Assembly (NCBI GenBank): GCA_951406725.2
Contig: OX597839.1
Span: 24,924,001-24,988,000, forward strand
Reading direction: 5' to 3'
Source of the DNA: Octopus vulgaris
Taxonomy: Eukaryota
Length of the DNA stretch: 64,000 nt
The notes under the pieces were generated by a model. That model was not told where the DNA came from. It worked only from the letters and a program-made list of their open reading frames with translations, and made no database searches. Below are positions 41,178 to 55,674 of the stretch, in pieces. Positions within the stretch are counted from its first letter, which is position 1; each line of letters begins with the position of its first letter. The position numbers and the translations under genes are program-made.

Positions 41178-42803
41178 CCGTCATCATCATCATCATCGTC
41201 ATCATCAATAAAGTACAATGAACCATGGCTATCAGGATGATGATAGTGATGGTGATGATGATGGTGGTGAAACTGATGATGATGTTCATCCTCATGATTG
41301 TGATGATGATGACGACAACGACAACGATGACGTCGATGACAAGAATGATGTTTATAGTAGTGGTAGTAGTGATGATGTTGGTCGTAGTAGTAGTAGTAGT
41401 AGTGATGGTGATTGAGGAGGAAGAGGCGGCGGCAGCGGAGAGCAACACCAAAGAATGGTTCCATTAAAAGAGACGCTAATTTGCCAGTGTGAGTCTTTGG
41501 TGAAATATAATTCTTGTAAAATTGCAATCAATAAAGGGAATATGACCCTCACCCCAAAGAACGGTAATGCACACACACACACACACACACAGACACACAC
41601 ACAAACACACACACACATCCACACACAAACATATACACATATACACACATAAACACACATGCACATATACACACATACCCATACACAAACACATACACAT
41701 ATACACACGCTCACACACGCACATATACACACACAAACACACACACAGACACACACACACACACACATACACAAACACATACACATATACACATGCTCAC
41801 ACATACACATATACACACATAAACACACATGCATACACTCATGAACATGTGTAGACACACACACATGTAAATACACACATACACACAAATACACACAAAT
41901 ACACATACGCACACACACTTAAAGATATACATGTGCACACATATAAACATATACACATGGGAACTTATACACACAGACTTACTCACACACATGCACTCAT
42001 ACATACACACACACACTCACATATATACACATGTATGCACACATGCATACACTCATAAGATATGTACAGACACACACAGGTAAACACACACTTATACGTA
42101 TATACATGTACATGCATACACTTACACACACATATAAACATATACACATGCAAACTTGCACACACACAGTTATACACAGACACATTCATACCAGAACACA
42201 CATTTACACAGTTACACACTCACACATACAGTTACATATACACAAACACACACATATGCACACATAAATTCATACAGACACGCACATACACTCTTACACA
42301 CACATACACATATGCCTTCTTTTCCCTTTCTCATTCTCTCTCTCTCTCTCTCTCGTTGTTCCAAATAAACTGAGGTAATTTTGCTATATTCTCAAACAAA
42401 AGCAAAACAAATAATTTTTTTTCCCATTTCATTGAACTCCCTTCTATATTATTACTGATTTCTTTGTGTTTCTGGAGAGGAAGAGTGAGAACAGAGAGGA
42501 AGGTGACTGTGGAGAGAAGAGAGCTACTCTCCAAGGAAGCTGACAGAAGGCGAGTTACGTTAGTGAGAATGACCTGGACAACTGGGCCTGTGCTTGGCAC
42601 GCCATACATAGTTTAACAGTGATCTTTCTTTGGGCAGGTCCTGTGAATGTGAGCCTTCTCCAGTACAAATTCTACACAGCCAGGGAGGGCCTGTATCTTC
42701 CCCTCTTAAGTAGCTCACTGGATCTTTAGCTACTCTGACTAGACTTGGGCTGAATACCCGAGTGGTTTCCGAATGCCTTCTCTTGGCAGCTGGGATTTGA
42801 ACT

Positions 42804-43096
42804 TAAACACACATGCATACACTTATGAACATGTGTAGACACACACATGTAAATACACACATGTGTGTCTATACATATCTTATGAGTGTATGCATGTGTG
42901 CATACATGTGTATATATGTGAGTGTGTGTGTGTTTGTATGAGTGCATGTGTGTGAGTAAGTCTGTGTGTGTAAGTTTCCATGTGTATATGTTTATATGTG
43001 TGCACATGTATATCTTTAAGTGTGTGTGTGTACGTGTATATGTGTATTTACATGTGTGTGTCTACACATGTTCATAAGTGTATGCATGTGTGTTTA
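42804..43096. repeat. Foldback insert with perfect 56-bp terminal inverted repeats
   Basis: 42804-42859 is the exact reverse complement of 43041-43096. Confidence 0.9.
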
Positions 43097-43741
43097 TAAT
43101 GTAGAGAGCTGAAAGATATACCTTAAAACATTTCTGCCAATGCACCAACAATTCTGCCAGTCTCCCACCTGCAATGTGGGTGTGTGTGCCTTAGTGGTTA
43201 GGGGTGCTGGACTCTTGATCATAAGATTCTGGTTTCAGTTCCTGGACCGGGTGATTTGTTGTGTTCTTAAGCAAGACACTTTATTCCATGTTGCTTCAGT
43301 CCACTCAGCTGGCAAAAATAAGTAATCCTGCAAGGGGCTGGCATCCCATCCAGGTAGGGAATATATACGCCATGAAACCAGCCCTTATGAGTCAGTATGA
43401 CTTGAGGAGGTAACCTTTACCTTTTCTTTTACCTTACCCACCTGAAGAGCAATGTGAAATGAAGTGTTTTGTTTAAGAGCACAGTGCACCACCTGACCCA
43501 GGAACTGAACACACAATTTAGCGATCATAAATGCAACAGCCTAAACACTAGACCATGCACCTTCAAATATGCTATTACCTAGAGGTAAAAAAAAAAAAAA
43601 CACCTGAGAGAGATGGAAAGGGGCCTTACTGTTGAAAATTAGGGTAGTCTTGTATCTGTGATGTCCCTTGATTGAACTAGCTGGAGAAACTTCTTTCTGG
43701 CTGTGGGCAAATCAATCACACATTTTTTAAATATTATATAC

Positions 43742-43868
43742 ACACCCAAGTCTGCCAATGTGTCTTTCAGGGCAACACCCAAGTCCACCAAGGCATCTCC
43801 CAAAGCAACACCCAAGTCCGCCAAGGTGTCTCCCAAAGCAACGTCTGAGTTCGCCAAGGCATCTCCCA
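43742..43868. repeat. 33-bp tandem repeat (about 3.8 copies), open in both orientations
   Basis: ACACCCAAGTCCGCCAAGGTGTCTCCCAAAGCA-type units at 43742, 43775, 43808 and 43841. Confidence 0.85.
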
Positions 43869-44705
43869 TCTCCCAAGTCACTATCGATAGGGAGATCCCG
43901 AATTCACTCCATTGGATTTCATAATTAGATTTCATACAACATCCAGAGAATAGAATCCAGACATCTTAAGAAAGAGTGGGAAATTATTCAGATTCAAAAA
44001 TATATCTATCACAGCCATATTGTCATTAAATTCCAATCTGACACATGTTTCTGTTGCATGAGTACCATGTAATCGTTAATCTTAAATAATTCTTTATGCT
44101 TCCTATCATTCAATGTGGTTAGCCAGATCTGGATTATCTCAGAATGATAATAAAGGTACCTGCCTGGATTCCAAAGCCCTATTCCTCTTATTGGTTATGG
44201 AACAAGAGAGAGGAGTAAATTTTGAAGCCAGGAGGAGATGAGGAGCAGCGATGTGGCCACCGCTGCTGACCCACCAATGGGAGGGTGTTATGGTCCAGGA
44301 CAAAACAACTGTTGAACGTTGGAGACCATCTAATGTCATCAGTTCCTCCTGGCCAAAGTTCCATTCACAGCTCATGAAATTAACATGCAAGTGGCTGAGC
44401 ACTCCACAGACATGTGTACCCTTAACGTAGTTCTCAAGGAGATTCGGCATGACACAGAGTGTGACAAGGCTGAACCTTTGAGATACAGGTACAACAGAAA
44501 CAGGAAGAAAGAGTGAGAGAAAGTTGTAGTGAAACAGCAGCAGCAGTAGTAGTAGTAGTAGCAGTAGTAGTAGTAGTAGCAGCAGCAGCAGTAGTTGTAG
44601 TAGTAGCAGTAGTAGTAGTAGTAGTAGCAGCAGCAGCAGTAGTTGTAGTAGTAGCAGTAGTAGTAGTAGTAGTTGTAGTAGCAGTAGTAGTAGTAGCAGC
44701 AGCAG

Positions 44706-44736
<31 letters not shown>

Positions 44737-47723
44737 TGTTGTTGCTGTTGTTTTTCTTCTCCCCTCCACCTCCCTTTCATCATCATTCTTTAGTTGACTA
44801 AAAGCACTTCAAGGCGGTGCCCCAGTATGGGCCCTCCCCCCAGTGCAATGACTGAAGCAAAAATTAAAAAAATAAAAGGAAAAAAATGATGTCCCAGAAG
44901 GATGAAAGACTAAGTTGACCTTGGCAGAATCTGAACTCAATCCAGAACAGAATTTTGGTCTCAAATTCTGGCACAAGACCAGCAATTTCAGATGAAGGGG
45001 TTAATCACTTACATTGATCCCCCAGTACTCAGCTGGTACTTATTTCATTGACCCTGAAAGGATGAAAAACAAAGCCAACCTCAACAGAATTTGAACTCAA
45101 ACCAGAACAAAATTTTGGTTTCAAATTTTGACACAATGCCAGCAATTTTTTTGGGGGGGATGGTACTCAATTACATCGACCCCAGTACTCAACTGGTACT
45201 TATTTTATTGACCCCAGAACAATGAAAGGACACGTCAACCTTGGCAATTTGTTAAACCTGGCAAACCACTCTGTTGCTTTGAGAGTTTATTGATGTCATT
45301 AGGAAAAGCCAGACAATTAATATGCGTATATCAGGTGCGCTAGTGCATACACATGCATACATGTGCATACATGCACATGTATGCATGAGAACATATGTGA
45401 GAGAGAGGATTGATTATAATTAATCAATAATTACAGTGTACTGAATGACCTGGTGCAACTGACAATTTGAGCCGAGATGACCTCAGGGGCTACAGATTCC
45501 TGTTAACAGATCAAATAAGGGATTAGATGTACTCCTACAAACATGAATGATTTAATTAGGGTTGGATGGTGGTCGGGTGAGGGGATGGGCCTGGCTGGGT
45601 TGGCGATGATAAATTGAATGTCAGAGAGAATTTGAAATGTTGGAAAGATCCATTGTGGCTTCGACCGTAATATTTATGTAAGAAATATGTTTCCGACTTA
45701 GTTTTATAATCAGAATGGCTGCCAGCTTTAATCCATGCCATAACCACTGACATCATCATCAGCATCATCGTTGTTGTCGTCATCATCTTTGTTGTTGTTA
45801 TCGTTGTCATCATCACCATCATCATCGTTGTTGTCATTGTCATGATGATGATGATAATCATAATCATCTTCATCATCATCATCATCATCACTATCATCAT
45901 TTGTCATCATCAATAACATTGTCTTCTTCATCATCATCATCATCATCGTCATTGTCATGATGATGATGATAATCCTAATCATCTTCATCATCATCATCGT
46001 CATATCTTCGACAAGAAACTTTCCTTCCTGCGAAAAGCAAATCAATTAAAATTCTGAGATCTTTTCGCAGAGGGGTAAAAAATGGTAAAAAAAGATGGTA
46101 AAAAAACAGGACAGTAACGACAGTACAAAATATAAACAGTAAAAGACAGGACAGATGTACGATGTGTGTGTGTGTGTGTGTGTGCCAGTGTAAATAAACA
46201 AATTTAAAATTTTTAAAAATACTCAAGAGATAGGTGCAGGAGTGGCTGTGTGGTAAGTAGCTTGTTTACCAACCACATGGTTCCAGGTTCAGTCCCACTG
46301 CGTGGCATCTTGGGCAAGTGTCTTCTACTATAGCCTCGGGCCAACCAAGGCTTTGTCAGTGGATTTAGTAGACGGAAACTGAAAGAAGCCCATCGTATAT
46401 ATGTATATATATATATATATATATATGCATGTTTGTGTGTCTGTGTTTGTCCCTCCCCCACCATCGCTTGACAACCGATGCTGGTGTGTTTACATCCCCG
46501 TTACTTAGCGGTTCGGCAAAAGGGACTGATAGAATAAGTACTGGGCTTACAAAAGAATAAGTCCCGGGGTCGAGTTGCTCGATTAAAGGCGGTGCTCCAG
46601 CATGGCCGCAGTCAAATGACTGAAACAAGTAAAAGAGTAAAAGAGTAAAGATGTCCAAGGCAAGGAACTGACCAGCAACGGCCATCATTAAATACATCCC
46701 AGCATCTCGAAGACATCTCTTGGTTCTTACCAATTCCTGTTGTCTCCGATGTGCCATCTCAGCAGACTTGTTGCCTCCATGAAACAGCATTGCAACTCCA
46801 ATCATACAAAATGTTCTTTGATTGGAAATTCTTACCTTAATTAGAGGCAACTGTGTTCTAGTCTAATGTAATTAGTTTCTAATTAGCTTCGTTAACTCAA
46901 GTTGTATTAAGAAAGTATTTAGATTGCAGATCAGTGATTGCTGTTTTTTTTTTTGCTTTTATCTTTCACTTGTTTCAGTAATTGGACTGTGGCCATGCTG
47001 GGGCACCACCCTGAAGAATTTTTAAGCCAAATGGATCAACCACCTAGTGTCATTTGCTGAACTGTTAAGTTACAGGGATGTAAACATGCCAACACCGGCT
47101 GTCAAGTGGTGATGGAAGACAAACATACACACACAGATATATATATATATATAGAATGGACATCTGTCAAATTTTGTCCACCAAATCCATTTAGAGAGCA
47201 AATTTTTTCAACTAAAATCCTTCAAAGGGGTGCTCCAGCATGGCCGTAGTCTGATGACTGAAACAAATAAAAGATGAAAAAGATATAAAAATACACACAC
47301 ACACACACATATACCTATATATCATCATCATCATCATCGTTTAGCATGGGTTGGACGGTTCAACTGGGGTCTAAGAAGCCAGAAGGCTGCGCCAGGCCCA
47401 CTCTGATCTGGCAATGTTTCTACGGCTGGATGCCCTTCCTAATGCCAACCACTCTGTGAGTGTAGTGGGTGCTTTTTATGTGCCAGACGAGGCTGGCAAA
47501 CGACCACGATCGGATGGTGCGTTTTACGTGCCACTGTCACGGAGGCCAGTCAGGGCGGCGCTGGCAACGACCACGTTCGGATGGTTCTCTTACGTGCCAC
47601 CGGCACTGGTATCACAGCTGCAATTTCCATTGATGTTGATCGATTTCAATTTTCACTTGCCTCAATAGGTCTTCACAAGTAGAGCTTTGTATATATATAT
47701 ATGTATATATATATATACATCAT

Positions 47724-47811
<88 letters not shown>

Positions 47812-48061
47812 TTATAGCAATAAGAAACTGAAGAGGATCAATAGGTGGTTCATATTCTTTTATTCTTTTATTTCTTTCAGTCATTTGACTGTGGCCATGC
47901 TGGAGCACTGACTTTAGTCGGACAAATTGACCTCAGGACTTATTCTTTGCAAGCCTAGTACTTATCCTATCAGTCTCCTTTGCTGAATCGCTAAGTTACG
48001 GGGATGTAAACACACCAGCATCAGTTGTCAAGTGATGGGGTGGGGGACAAACAGACACGCA

Positions 48062-48110
<49 letters not shown>

Positions 48111-48264
48111 CTATACGATGGGCTTCTTTCAGTTTCCATCTACCAAATCCACTCATAAGGCTTTGGTCGGCCCGAGGCTTTAGCAGAAGACACTTACCCA
48201 AGGTGCCATGCAGTGGGACTGAACCTGGAACCATGTGGTTGGGAAGCACAGCCACTCCTGTACA

Positions 48265-48307
<43 letters not shown>

Positions 48308-48373
48308 CACATGTATTCCAATCCAAAGCAAGCTGTCCAACCGATGCCAGGTTGGAAAACAGATGTTGGTTAT

Positions 48374-48410
<37 letters not shown>

Positions 48411-48905
48411 ATATGCATACAGACAGACACGCACACGCACGCACATATGTATATATACATGTGCACACACACACACGCACACACAGCACACATATATGCA
48501 CACACATACGCACACATCCACACATGTATATATTAATATATATATATATATACACACGCACTAACATATGCATACACGTACACACATCCACACATGTATA
48601 TATATACACGCACACATATATACACACATACAGACTCCTCCACAGATATATATATATATATACACATGCACACACATACGCCCACCCACACACACACACA
48701 CACAAACATGTACACACACATATATGCACACACATACACACTCCTCCACAGATATATATATATATATTATATACACGTATGCACACACACATAAAACGCA
48801 CACATATATATATATATATATACACACGCACTAACACGTACACACATACACACATGTATATATATACACGCACACATATGTACACACATGCACACTCCTC
48901 CACAG

Positions 48906-48938
<33 letters not shown>

Positions 48939-50328
48939 TTCACACACATGCACACACACACACGCAGATTAGACATGGCGTCTCTGTTTGTTATTACAAT
49001 TTCTTAACGAGTGACCGTATTATTTTCGTATCATTTGGTATTACAGATTCTTCCATTATTAATTGTTCTGTGTTTTGGGAATTTACCCAGGAATCAATGC
49101 TGCAAATGGCTCCAAGACAATTCCCAGGGCAAGGAAACTTTGTGTTTGACCGATTCATCAATACGCTCCGATTAGCTCTGTGATAATAGTTAATACTTTT
49201 ACCAATGCCGGTCACTTTGGTCACTTCAATACACATTATCGTTTGTTTTCTTTTGCTTTTTTGTCTTTTGCTTTGTTTTTGCTTTTTTGTCCAGCTTTTC
49301 AGTTCCGTTGGAACATTCTGGTAAAAATGTGATGATTATCTCAAATGCTTTTAGCTCCGACAGATTAAACATTACTCTTCACCGTTATTGTTGCTGTTCT
49401 TGATAGAGTCAGTGGTCAAGTCCTTCGGCCTTCCTCATCCTCCTCGGCCTCCCCTTCACCTTTCTCTCCTGTTCCTCTTTTCCCATCACCTCTTCCTTCT
49501 CCTCCTCTTCTTTGTCTTCTTGTTCCCTTTTCCCCTTTCTCTTCTGTTTCTTCTCATCTTCCTCCTTCGCATTCCTCTCCTCTTTCCTCCTTGTTTCTCT
49601 CCTCTTCCTCCTTCTCATTCCTCTCCTCTTCTTCCTTCTCATTCCTCTCCTCTTCCTCCTTCTCATTCCTCTCCTCTTCCTCCTTCTCATTCCTCTCCTC
49701 TTCTTCCTTCTCGTTCCTCTTCTTTCCTTTCCCCTCCTCCTCTTTCTCTTTCCTTTCCCCTCCTCCTCTTTCTCTTTCTGCATCATTGCTTCTAATGTTG
49801 GCAGATATTTATTTCATCATCATCATCATCAACATCATTTAATGTCTGCTTCCCTTGCTGGCATGGGTTGGACGGGTTGACTGGACCTGGTAAACTAAAA
49901 AGCTGCACCAGGTTCCAGTCTGTTTTAGCTTTGTTTTTATGGCTGGATGCCCTTCCTCATGCCAACCACTCCACAGAGTGTAGTGAGTGCCTTTTACATG
50001 TAACCAGCACGGGTGCCTTTTATGCACCACCGACACATGTGCCTTTTACGCATGACTGGTATTGACCATGTCTAAGGTTCCACTTGGCTTGATGTGTCTT
50101 TTCAAACAGAGCAAATCAGTCACTTGTCATGGCCTCCATGAGACTCAACATCCGAAGAGCATACTTCACCACCTCATCCCATGTCTACCTCTTCTCTCCA
50201 GCCTCAGGTTCCCCCCAGCTACAGTCAGTGAACAGAACTGATATTGGTCTTCTGGGTTTCCAACAGGCCAACAACTTGTTCACAGCATTTCTGAAAGTGA
50301 AAGGAGCACAGAGACACTGCTTGTATAA

Positions 50329-50759
50329 GTGGTTAGAATGACTGACGAACGACTTCCCAAACAGATCTTCTACTCCCAACTCAAAGACGGCAAGCGTACA
50401 AAAGGAGGCCAGAAGAAACGCTACAAGGACTCCCTGAAATCGAACCTCAAAAAGTGTGACATTGACTTCACCAACTGGGAGGAAACGGCAAAAAACAGAC
50501 CACTCTGGAAAACCACCATCCATGAGGGAACGGCGAATTTTGAGTCAAAAAGGTCTGCAGAGCTGGAGGAGAAAAGACGACGACGGAAGGAGCGCCAACA
50601 ACAACCACGTGTGACTCTCCCTTCCGGCACTAGATGTCCGCACTGTGACCGATCTTTTCGAGCAAGAATTGGTCTTATCAGTCACCTGCGGACTCACCAA
50701 TAAATTTGCGCGAAGACCATCATCCTCGACCTTGAGGGATTGCCATAGTAGTAGTAGTA
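50329..50759 (+). mobile_element. RTE (BovB-like) LINE 3' end with C2H2 zinc finger and (TAG)n tail
   Basis: Uninterrupted ORF end VRMTDERLPKQIFYSQL...GGQKKRYKDSLK...CPHCDRSFRARIGLISHLRTH*. Confidence 0.9.
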
Positions 50760-53310
50760 TCCATCATGGTTGAGAAGTGGTAATGAACCTCTTGACAATG
50801 GACCAAAACCATCCGAGGACACTTTGGAAGACAACAGAAAGAGCTGACTTACAGTTTGACAGACTCAGAAAATAGCACAATTTTATAGAACAATTTGCCG
50901 TTTGCTGTGTAGATCTTAAAGTTTCAAACTTTGCTCTTTGTCAAAGATTGGGCATATGATGAAAAAACAGTGTTATGGTTATCTCCCTCAGATCTGGCCC
51001 CTATGTTTAACTTGATTCTCCACAGGGGTTCCTGAGCTAAAAAGCAAATGGTTGCATATACAGTTCAAGAATAATGACAGAATGACAAAAAAATGATAAT
51101 AATTCAGGTGAATATCAATAATAGGTCTATCTTTCAATTACTGTATTTGGTGAATCACTACTTTTCTCATCAGTTTCACCAGTTTCATTGCCCAAATCAT
51201 TCTCATCATCTGTGCAAGGGTAAACTCTTCATCTAAAGAATGAATATCATCAATTATATCCTCAACTATAAAGGTACTCATTTACCAGACAAAGTGATGG
51301 GTCCATCACATGCTCGTCTCTCTTTACTCTTTTACTCTTTTACTTGTTTCAGTCATTTGACTGCGGCCATACTGGAGCACCGCCTTTAGTCGAGCAAATT
51401 GAACCCAGGACTTATTCTTTGTAAGCTCAGTACTTATTCTATCAGTCTCTTTTGCCGAACCGCTAAGTGACGGGGACATAAACACACCAGCATCGGTTGT
51501 CAAGCAATGCTAGGGGGACAAACACAGACACAAACATACACATACATATATATATATACATATATACAACAGGCTTCTTTCAGTTTCCGTCAACCAAATC
51601 CACTCACAAGGCATTGGTCGGCCCGAGGCTATAGTAGAAGACACTTGCCCAAGATGCCACGCAGTGGGACTGAACCCGGAACCATGTGGTTGGTTAGCAA
51701 GCTACTTACCACACAGCCACTCCTGCGTCTCATTGCAAGATCTTATTTTTTTCTCCCCATTAAAAACAAAAGCAACAGCAATACGGGACACCATTACCAA
51801 TGAGTCATAAACACACCTGACTACAAATCTGTAATGTGATTGGCTGTCTATTTTTAGTATTTTATCTTCTTTTTCAACATGTGTTGACCATTACAGCCTT
51901 AACCAGAATCCAGAAGGGATTATGTTAAGGCTTATAGGATTGGATTTGATCCTGCATTTTGTCACAATTTAATCATGTTCAGAATTGAGATTTTATCCAA
52001 TGGGTGGCCATTGTTCACATGATAAGTCCAGTGGCCTGGCTAGAACTTTCCACGAATGAGGCCAACCAATACAGCCAAATTGACTGCCAAACTTTCAGAG
52101 TGATTCAGTTCAAGTTAGCATTCACTCTCCTCATAGCTGTTTTCACAGTTGCATACTCAACCTGAAACGATTGAAGAAGATACACACCTGCACCATGAAT
52201 ATGTATTTGATGTGTAAAAATTAGCCCAAATGTCAAATTTCTAACTAAGACATCCTCTACGTGTCATATACAGTGTTTCATATTTTTCTTTTCTTGTATT
52301 GCATAAACACATCATCATCATCAGCAGCAGCATCTAATGTCTGTTTTCCATGCTGGCATGGGTTGGACGGTTTGACAGAAGCTGACCAGTGGAAGAGCTG
52401 CCCTGGCTCCATCTCTGTTTTGGCATGGTGTCTGTGGCAAGGCACCCTTCTTAACGCCAATCAATTTACACGGTCTACTGGGCAATTTTATTCCTCACTG
52501 GCACAGGTGCTTCCACATGGCACCAGCACAGGTGCTTAACAAATAAATCATGTGCCAAAACATAAAAATAACAAGCAAAGTGCGAGTTCTAAAATCTCAT
52601 TAAGAGATCAACACAGTACTTGTACTGACAAGTAATATTCACAGCCACTTCAACATGGCTGTCAGTTCGAGTGGACTCTACTGCGATTTTTTAACCCCAT
52701 GAGGACATCTCCTCTAGCTGCACAGTTGCATCTGATAAAATTGTGAGCAGAGGCGCAGGAGTGGCTGTGTGGTAAGTAGCTTGCTAACCAACCACATGGT
52801 TCCGGGTTCAGTCCCACTGCGTGGCATCTTGGGCAAGTGTCTTCTGCTATAGCCCCGGGCCGACCAATGCCTTGTGAGTGGATCTGGTAGATGGAAACTG
52901 AAAGAAGCCTGTTGTATATATGTATATATATATATGTGTGTTTGTGTATGTGTGTATGTGTTTGTGTGCCTCTGTTTGTCCCCCTAGCATTGCTTGACAA
53001 CCGATGCTGGTGTGTTTACGTCCCCGTCACCTAGCGGTTCGACAAAAGAGACCGATAGAATAAGTACTGGGCTTACAAAGAATAAGTCCCGGGGTCGATT
53101 TGCTCGACTAAAGGCGGTGCTCCAGCATGGCCGCAGTCAAATGACTGAAACAAGTAAAAGAGTAAAAGAGTAAAAGAGAGGGGGTGAACCCCTACCATCT
53201 CCTAGTGATGAGACCAGCAAACCAGTTCTGGTTTCAGGCTATTTCTGCCACACTCCAATACTGGATCCCTCGTCTGCATATAAAAAAAAAAAACCTCTTT
53301 CTTGTTACAG

Positions 53311-53360
53311 GTTATTCTAGCAATACTGGGAACACAGCACAATAGGATTAAGGGCTGCAG
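53311..53360 (+). other. Possible 50-nt exon (VILAILGTQHNRIKGC)
   Basis: Acceptor CCTCTTTCTTGTTACAG|G and donor CAG|GTGAGT; one open frame. Confidence 0.3.
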
Positions 53361-54662
53361 GTGAGTGAATTTATTGAACACTCCCTCTAAATATTGGGTG
53401 ATATGCTATGCTTGAGAAGACCTGTTAAGCCAAGTGAAACCATAGTCATGGCCGATGCCTGTGCCATCTGACTGGCACCTGAGCTGGTGACATGTAAAAG
53501 GTACCGTTTGAGTGTTGGACCCCACGGAGGCAGTGACAGGTGACCAAGACCTTTGGCGATATACCGTGTTTGATCATAGTGAGATCATAGTTGTGGCCGA
53601 TGCCAGTGTCAGGTCAATGGCACACGTGCCGGTGGCACATAAATAGCACCCACTACACTCTTGGAGTGTAGGAAGGGCATCCAGCTGTAGAAACCTAGCC
53701 AGATCAGACTGGAACCTGGTTCAACCAATCAGCTTACCAGTTTTCAGTCAAACTGTCCAACCCATGTCAGCATGGAAAGCAGACGTTAAATGGTGATGAT
53801 GATGATGAAGATGATGATAATGATGACACAGATAAGTATGGTGAAGTGATGGTGGTGGTGGTGGTGATGACAACAATAACTAATAATAATGACAGCTGTG
53901 ATGATGATGTTGATGATAATGATAACAATACGGATGGGTAATGACAATGATAATGATGATAACTGTGATGATGATGATGAAAATGATGACAGCTGAGATG
54001 AGAATCATGACAATAACAATGACTGAGACCATAGCCATGGCTGATGCTGGTGGCACCTGTGCCACTGGCACATAAAAAGCACCCACTACACTCTTGGAGT
54101 GGTTGGTGTTAGGAAGGGCATCCAGCTGTAGAAACCTTGCCAGATCAGATTGGAGCCTGGTGCAGCCTCCTGGATTGCCAGTCCCCAGTCAAACCATCCA
54201 ACCCATGCTAGCATGGAAAGTGGATGTTAACTGATAATGATGATGATGATGATGTCTTCTATTGAACTTCGTTATTGCTTAATTATGGTGAACACCATCA
54301 TTCATTAACTTTGCAAGAATTTTAGAGTTAATCCTTGGCTGTTAAGTACTTCGGTCATGGACGTCCAAAGCGCTGCCAATATCAAAATGTGAACCCTATC
54401 ACCTCGGCACTGGTTGTTTGGTACAGTATCATGTAGGTCATACTTGCCTTGTCTGATATTTTATTTATAAAGAAATATTAGTCGATGATAAATTTCAATG
54501 TAAAATTTTATGAAACAAAGGACAGAGAGAAAAGCTGCCGCCAAGTCAAATACAATTCCAACAATGGACAGAATTTTTACTTTCATCTTATAATGTTTAC
54601 AATGGTTAATCAATATACACCATAAACACACACATGTGTATATTTTTATATGTATGTCTCTA

Positions 54663-54695
<33 letters not shown>

Positions 54696-54834
54696 GCATA
54701 TATGTAGGTGTGTATATATGTGCATCCATGTTTGTGTGTATGTGTGTGTATTAATGTTTATTTTTGCATCAAATAATAATGAAAATAAATGATTTTTACA
54801 TTAAGCTGAAAGAATACTCAATACTTCTGGTAAA

Positions 54835-54885
54835 GTATAGTCTGATGAAGAGTGACAGCTTGAAACTTTGAAGTCACCGTCACCA
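54835..54885 (+). ncRNA. Aged type I hammerhead motif
   Basis: CTGATGA-A-GAGT gaca GCTT-GAA-ACTTTGAAGT-C (GUC). The stems contain wobbles consistent with CpG decay. Confidence 0.55.
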
Positions 54886-55206
54886 CACTTCTTGGAAAAG
54901 TAGGTATACATATATGCATGTGCGTATGTGTATGTGTGAGTGTGTGCGTGTGTATGTGGGTACATGTGTGTGTGCATGTATATAGTCGTTTATATTCTAG
55001 GAACAAGGCCCAACATTTTCTGGAGAGGGGACCAGTCGATTGGATCAACCCCAGTATGCAACTGGTGCTTAATTTATCAAACCTGAAAGGATGAAAAGCA
55101 AAGTCGACCTTGGCAGAATTTGAACTCAGAACGTAAAGACAAAATACTGCTAAGCATTTCGCCCAGTGTGCCAACGTTTCTGCCAGCTTATGCATGTATA
55201 TGTATG

Positions 55207-55238
<32 letters not shown>

Positions 55239-55396
55239 TGTATGTACATACATATATATATATTTACATATATGTATGTATATATATATATATATGTATA
55301 TATATGTATATGTATACATATGTGCATATATATATATATATACATATACATATATGTATGTGTGTGTATATATATATATATGTATATGTATACATA

Positions 55397-55444
<48 letters not shown>

Positions 55445-55452
55445 CATGTATG

Positions 55453-55497
<45 letters not shown>

Positions 55498-55506
55498 GTA
55501 TACATA

Positions 55507-55538
<32 letters not shown>

Positions 55539-55642
55539 GAAAAGCACGGTTCAACCGTGCTTTTTCTGTTGTGATTTTTGCTACCCAGGTATCGGTTATC
55601 ATTTGAATTATCCGTAATAAGATAATTCATTTATCTACTTCA

Positions 55643-55674
<32 letters not shown>

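Noticed and set aside
52115-52165. Minus-strand acceptor followed by VEYATVKTAMRR
   Set aside because: It reaches a stop after 18 codons and has no other support.
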